A DNA stretch of 64,000 nucleotides from Klebsormidium nitens (Eukaryota > Plantae > Klebsormidiophyceae), in NCBI GenBank assembly GCA_000708835.1, contig DF237187.1, positions 1 to 64,000 of the forward strand, given 5' to 3'. Positions within the stretch are counted from its first letter, which is position 1, and each line of letters starts with the position of its first letter. A program made the translations under genes and the position numbers. This document shows positions 59,201 to 64,000 of this stretch, one piece after another. The notes under the pieces were generated by a model, which saw nothing but the letters and a program-made list of their open reading frames with translations, was not told the origin of the DNA and made no database searches.

Positions 59201-62200
59201 CAGAACCAAAACCTGGAAACACAACGGCACACCCTTCCCTGTAGGCCATATAGAGCTTCTCCTTGTGCTCTCCTGAACGCCGCAGCTTGCAAGTAACCGG
59301 TGCTTTTTGAGAAGAAAGATAATACAAAACAGAACCAAACCCTCGAAACAAACACTCAAAGTACACCCTCCGCCTCACCTGTAGGCCATGTAGAGCTTCA
59401 CCTCGCGCTATCAAGTAAGCATCGTGGTGCTCCTTATAAGAAAGTCAAGAAAGAACACACCCCATTCCTCAAGCTGAACCGAAACCCTCCGCCCCACCTG
59501 TAGGCCATGTAGAGCTTCTCCTCGCGCTTGATCTGCGCGACGCGCTCCGCGCGCTCGACGACCTCGGTGGCGCGGCCGCGCACCTCGTCCAGGTAGAGCG
59601 AGCGCCGGATGTCCGCGATCTCCTGCTTCTGCTCCAGCCACACCGCCAGGTCGGCGGCGTGCTCCAGCTGGTTGGCCAGCACCATCTCGTGCCGCATCAC
59701 CGTCGCATGGGCCTTGGCGCTGGAAGGTAGCAAATGTTTCATAAGTCAGAACGAATTTGGCGGCCAGGTGAAATCGAAAGCGTGAAATCTGACCGCTTGT
59801 AGTGTCTACAGGTTGGTGATCCTTGCCATCTCGTGCCGCATCACCGTCGCATGCGCCTTCGCGCTGAAAAGGGGGAATGAGACGATGTTTCAGTCGGAAT
59901 CGAGGTTGCTTAATTTTGATCATATGTATTAGTGTGGAGGTTTACTCTGGTCGTCCGTAAGAGGGTTTGTTGGCCAGCACCATCTCGTGCCGCATTACCG
60001 TCGCGTGCGCCTTGGCGCTGGAAGGAAAAGACGGTTCACAAGTCAGTATGAAGCCTGGCGGCCAGGTTTACAGGTTGGACTGCTCTAAGTGAAATCGATG
60101 GCGTGAAATGGGACCGCTCGTAGTGTCTACAGATCGGTTGCCAGCATCATCTCGTGCCGCATCACCGTCGCATGCGCCTTGGCGCTGAAAGCGGGACCGG
60201 AATGCAATTTTTAGTCCAGAAACAAGAAAGGAAACACTGACTCAGCCTAGTTTCGGAAATGGATCGAGTGTTTGATCGAATTTCAGTCGGCCTGATGGTC
60301 TTGGAGTCTCCGTTCTGCTGAGCTTGGATAGTTGACATCGTCTCGTGCGGCATCATCGTCGCAGTTACGTCAACGCTGGAAGGGATAGGTGGCAAGGAAG
60401 TTCACTCGGAGGTGAGGTGTTTAAGACAACTTTTAGGGAGCAAGTTCTTCGGCTGCCACCAACTCCTGCTGCAGCACCGTCGCGTGCGCCTTGGCGCTGG
60501 CACAGGGAGCCAAAGGGATGTTTAGTCCAATTTAAGGGAAGGAAACAATGATTCAGCGCATTCTTGAAAGTGGATTGAGGGTTCGAGCCGGCGTGATGGC
60601 TCTAGAGGTTCCGTTCCGGTGAGCTTTGATAGTTGACATCGTCTCGTGCGGCATCATTCGTCGCAGTTACGTCAACGCTGGAAGGGGCAATTGGCAAGTA
60701 AATTCACTCGGAGGTGAGTTGTTTTGAGACAAATCTTAGAGAGCAGGTACTTTGGTGGACACCATCTCGTGCCGCATCACCGTTACGCCCGCCTTGGCGC
60801 TGGAACGGGGAGCGAAACGGTACTTAAGTCGGGTTGAGGTGGTTAAGTTTTACCGTTCGTGATTGAGGTGCTCTGAGTTGGCCGACCGTGAGAAGGTTTG
60901 TTGGTCCGCCTCATCTCGCAGCGCCGTCGCGTGCGCTTTGGTGCTGAAGAAAGGGCAACGAGATAATAGTAAGTGGGAGAGCGGAACAATTGTGATTAGC
61001 ACTCGCATCCTCACCGGACGATGGCGAGGTGGTGCTGCTGCGCGATGATGTGGTCGATGAGGTCCTCCTCGAGGAGCGCCGCGCGGATGAGCGCGCTCTC
61101 CTTGTTGTACTGCAGCACCGCGCGGTGGTTCGCCACCACCGCGTGCGCGCGGCCCTTGATGGCCGCCAGGTGGCCGGCGCGCCGGATCTTGTGCAGCAAC
61201 AGGTCCTGGAAACACGGGTTTGAGGTGTTGACCGTGGTGTTAAGCGGGTGGATCCTGAAAACACGGGGTTTTGGATAGTTGACCATGGTATTAAGGAGGT
61301 GGCCGGCGCGCCGGATTTTGTGCAGCAGAAGGTCCTAAAAACCGTGGGGTTTGGGAGGGAGTCAGCCAAAGTGCTAACTAGGCGCTGAAAAGTATGGTTT
61401 GGCGGGGTTAACCACTGTGCTGATCATGGTGCTAAGAGCGGTTTCGGGCGTTTCTCCGTACGCTTGTCTGCAAAATCTTGAGGACATAAGGTGTGCTCCA
61501 AAAAGGTCCTGGAAAGCATGGTCTGGGGAGTTAACCATGGTGTTAACCAGGGTGTTCATGTAGGCTGGTCTCGCAGGTGCTGGCTCGAGTGCCGGATCTG
61601 ATGCAGCAGAAGGTCCTGGAACCGCTGGGTTTGGGGATGTTAACCATGGTTCGAATACGGTGCTGAAATGGAACATAGTCTTTCTGCAGCTAGTCTTGCA
61701 ATGCTGGCTGAGTGCCGGGTATTGTGCAGCAAAAGGTCCTGCACCAAGCCGCATAGCTGTCGTAGACAAGCACGTCTTCTTTGGCAGCAATGTCTTGACC
61801 ATTACTTGGTCGAGAAGCGTACCGCACCCGACTGGAAAGCTGAGTGCACATGAGAGGCAAGCTGGTGTCTGACATGCCCCTAGCATCTGCAAGTCGCTCA
61901 AGTGCGAGTATCTCCATATACATTCGAAAAGACCTGGCGGGAATGTGCGTAACTTGGGCAGTTTATGACGGCAGAGAACATGCGCAGCCAAAGCGAACGG
62001 CCTGAGACAAGGAAGGTGGTGTGAAAGACCGTGTATGACTATATTTGTGAGATCGATCTCAATAACTCCCTACTTGACGCACTCTCTTTAAGTATTTCAG
62101 AAGTCGTGCAGCTCCATGACTTTTCGAAAATACCACGAGGTACAAGAGAAGGTCATTCTGATGTCCTCGCCTCTTCTTCCGAAGCAAAAGTTATGTTCCG

Positions 62201-62491
62201 ATGTATGCAACACGAATTTCGAATACTGAAAGGATGCAAGGAGAAAGTCAACAACCCAAAGCCGTGCTCTTTTTAATCAAGGAGCAAGTCAAAAGCCCTC
62301 AGGTCATTGATGGGAAACGAACGCAGGGGTCAAAAGGACTTTTCTCTCACCTGCTCGATGTACTCTCCAAGCGCCTCCCGGTAGTCCTTCTGCCTGTGCA
62401 GCACAATCTCGTGCTTGAGGACGGTGGCACGTGCCTTGGCCCGGACGTAGTCTAGGTTGCCCTCGCGATTCTTGGCTGCCCGCTCCTGAGA
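56226..62491 (-). CDS. Coiled-coil protein of tandem 47-aa pseudo-repeats; 5' end unresolved (probably extends beyond 62491)
   Basis: Phase-consistent exons 62351-62491, 61015-61205, 59498-59719, 58259-58439, 57186-57404, 56226-56585 (1314 nt, GT-AG). The 56.2-61.2 kb exons have strongly GC-ending codons. Further exon-like blocks at about 62780-62910 and 63220-63320. Confidence 0.82.
57370..57760 (-). repeat. Acceptor-junction echo array (2 extra copies, about 130 bp period)
   Basis: ctggccccgctgctgcggcgggactccaggat..cctggcgg at 57370 (true exon start), 57509 and 57636. Confidence 0.92.
58852..59530 (-). repeat. Donor-junction echo array (5 extra copies, about 120-145 bp period)
   Basis: (cacc)tgtaggccatgtagagcttctcctcgcgc at 59495 (true) and degenerate copies at about 59376, 59237, 59092, 58973 and 58852. 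Confidence 0.92.
59686..60950 (-). repeat. Acceptor-junction echo array (8 extra copies) filling the 59720-61014 intron
   Basis: catctcgtgccgcatcaccgtcgcatgcgccttggcgctg at the true exon start (59681-59722) and copies at about 59828, 59981, 60148, 60341, 60460, 60640, 60766 and 60912. Confidence 0.93.
61176..61745 (-). repeat. Acceptor-junction echo array (about 5 extra copies) in the 61206-62350 intron
   Basis: gccggat.ttgtgcagca.aaggtcctg(g)aa...ggg.tt.g....gtt.accatggt motif at the true junction and at about 61251, 61298, 61503, 61591 and 61713. Confidence 0.88.
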
Positions 62492-64000
62492 CTGCACGAA
62501 GGCACGTGGCGGTGTCAATGCTTTCAAATGCAACAGTCAGATCGTGCTAGATGGTACATTAAAGTTGGTGAGCAGCATCAGTCTTTGGCGTCTTTTGAAT
62601 CGTGGATTGTGATCTTTTGAGTTGCATGCTGCTGGAGATTACGTCCATATTGTTGGACCTGGCAAATTTTTGATAGCTTCTTTGTCGACAAGAGCTGCGA
62701 TGTGAAAGGCCACCGCCACGCTTTGGGTGGTAAGTCGCTGTTTGAAAGAAAGATGAGATTGGGCATACAAAAGCTGTTTCTTGCCTGCACCCTGTGCATG
62801 TCAGCTCCGGCAGGAGTCACAACAGACTCTAAGGCCACATTCAAACTCGTGGGGGGCAGTTCATCCGACAACGAACTAAAAAGCTTCTCTCTCTCACGAA
62901 GGGCTTCCATCTAAACAGGAGATGCTCATAATTTGAAAGCTCCACTAGCCAGTAGAAGAGGTGCAAGAGAGTGGAGGCAAGGATGGCATACCATACTTTC
63001 CATAGACACAAGGAAAGCCAAAGATCCAGCACAGAAGCTGCTCAAGTGGTTACCAAAATGCAAGCAAAGCCAGTAAATTGCTTCGAATATGACTCGTCTA
63101 TGACAACTATGATCGAAGAGTTGCGTGCCAATACTGGACTGCTTCCCTCCGTCGTTTTCTTTTTGCAATCCTCAGATCCAGCAACTGGTAATATGTCACA
63201 TTGCACTGTGTGTCTTACATACTTCCTTCTGTGGTTGTTAAATCGTGAGAGTAAATGATGAGCTTTTTCCACTTCTGACACATTCAAAGGTACATCAAAG
63301 CTCACACTAGATGCATTCAACATGTCTACTTTGTGCTTGACTGGGATATTTGTCTACAAAAGCAAACCTTGAGGACAGCTCCATGGCCTGCTTTCCAGAC
63401 ACAATTACTCGGGCAATCCTTATGAACTCACTCTTGCTGCTCCACACTTGAAATGCTGTGAAGTTACACTATAGTGCATATCTGCATCCCTCGTCATAGG
63501 GGCTCAAGTGCAGCGCTACATCTCTAGCCCTGCCTTCCTACATGACTTTTACCAAGTAAAAACAATTCAGCAAGTAGCAAACCTTGTTCAGCATAGGCTA
63601 TAGGAAGTAAGTCACACAAAGCTGCTGTCCGACTGATGTCGGAACCTGTCTTCTAAACATGCAATGGTTTAGCACAGAGGGCTCCCTCAACCCCCTCTTG
63701 GAGGTATGGACGACTGTGCTGCCAAAGTATCATTGAACAAAGGGTGTCAATGTAAGGCGCACACATAGTCCAGAGGCTTTTCTTCATGTGCGTCAAAAGT
63801 GCAAAATAACCTTGCCAGAGAACAAAGCCATGGAAAAACACGATTCTGCGCATCAGGTGTTTCTGTAATATGGACTTCGCAGACGTTTCTGAAATAAGAT
63901 TTGGGGCCAATTACCATCCTTCAGCAAAAATAGGTGGAACAACCTAGACGCTCAAGGTAATGCAGCCCTCACCTGGATGATACTTTCCATGATTGCGCTC

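Noticed and set aside
56161-61369. Numerous overlapping ORFs on both strands in the 47-aa-repeat gene
   Set aside because: A by-product of very high GC3 and the repeats; only one frame per exon gives a phase-consistent chain.
58852-61745. Repeat-spacer arrays resembling CRISPR
   Set aside because: Eukaryotic introns; the repeats are degenerate copies of exon edges, the spacers are long and related to each other, and no cas genes are present.
1-64000. tRNA, rRNA, snRNA or telomeric repeats
   Set aside because: Isolated GTTCGA-like words lack a cloverleaf context, and no rRNA-like stretch or TTTAGGG array was seen.

Overview
Intron-rich eukaryotic nuclear DNA from a green-lineage (streptophyte alga-like) genome. 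A Klebsormidium-type alga is an inference from gene content and style and is not demonstrated. Spliced genes reconstructed by hand with GT-AG junctions and consistent phases: Rubisco activase (+), an uncharacterised HEAT-repeat gene (-), CSN2 (+), an AlkB-family 2OG-Fe(II) dioxygenase with a PIP-like box and UBZ4 zinc finger (-), a core alpha-1,3-fucosyltransferase (+), a 97-aa three-exon membrane protein missed by the ORF track (+), a DIVARICATA-type R-R MYB (-), a bestrophin-family channel (-), a MED26/TFIIS-N-domain protein (-), Psb28 (+), and a coiled-coil protein built of 47-aa repeats (-). No rRNA, tRNA, CRISPR or intact transposon was found. Two observations stand out. (1) Several introns hold decayed tandem 'echoes' of the adjacent exon-intron junction, up to 8 per intron at about 120-190 bp spacing, seen in at least five unrelated genes. 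(2) The Rubisco activase gene has two tandem-duplicated, phase-compatible alternative terminal exons, each encoding the two-Cys redox C-terminal extension. One also carries a Pro/Ala-rich SFF-repeat insert, and read-through gives a short form, so three isoforms are possible.
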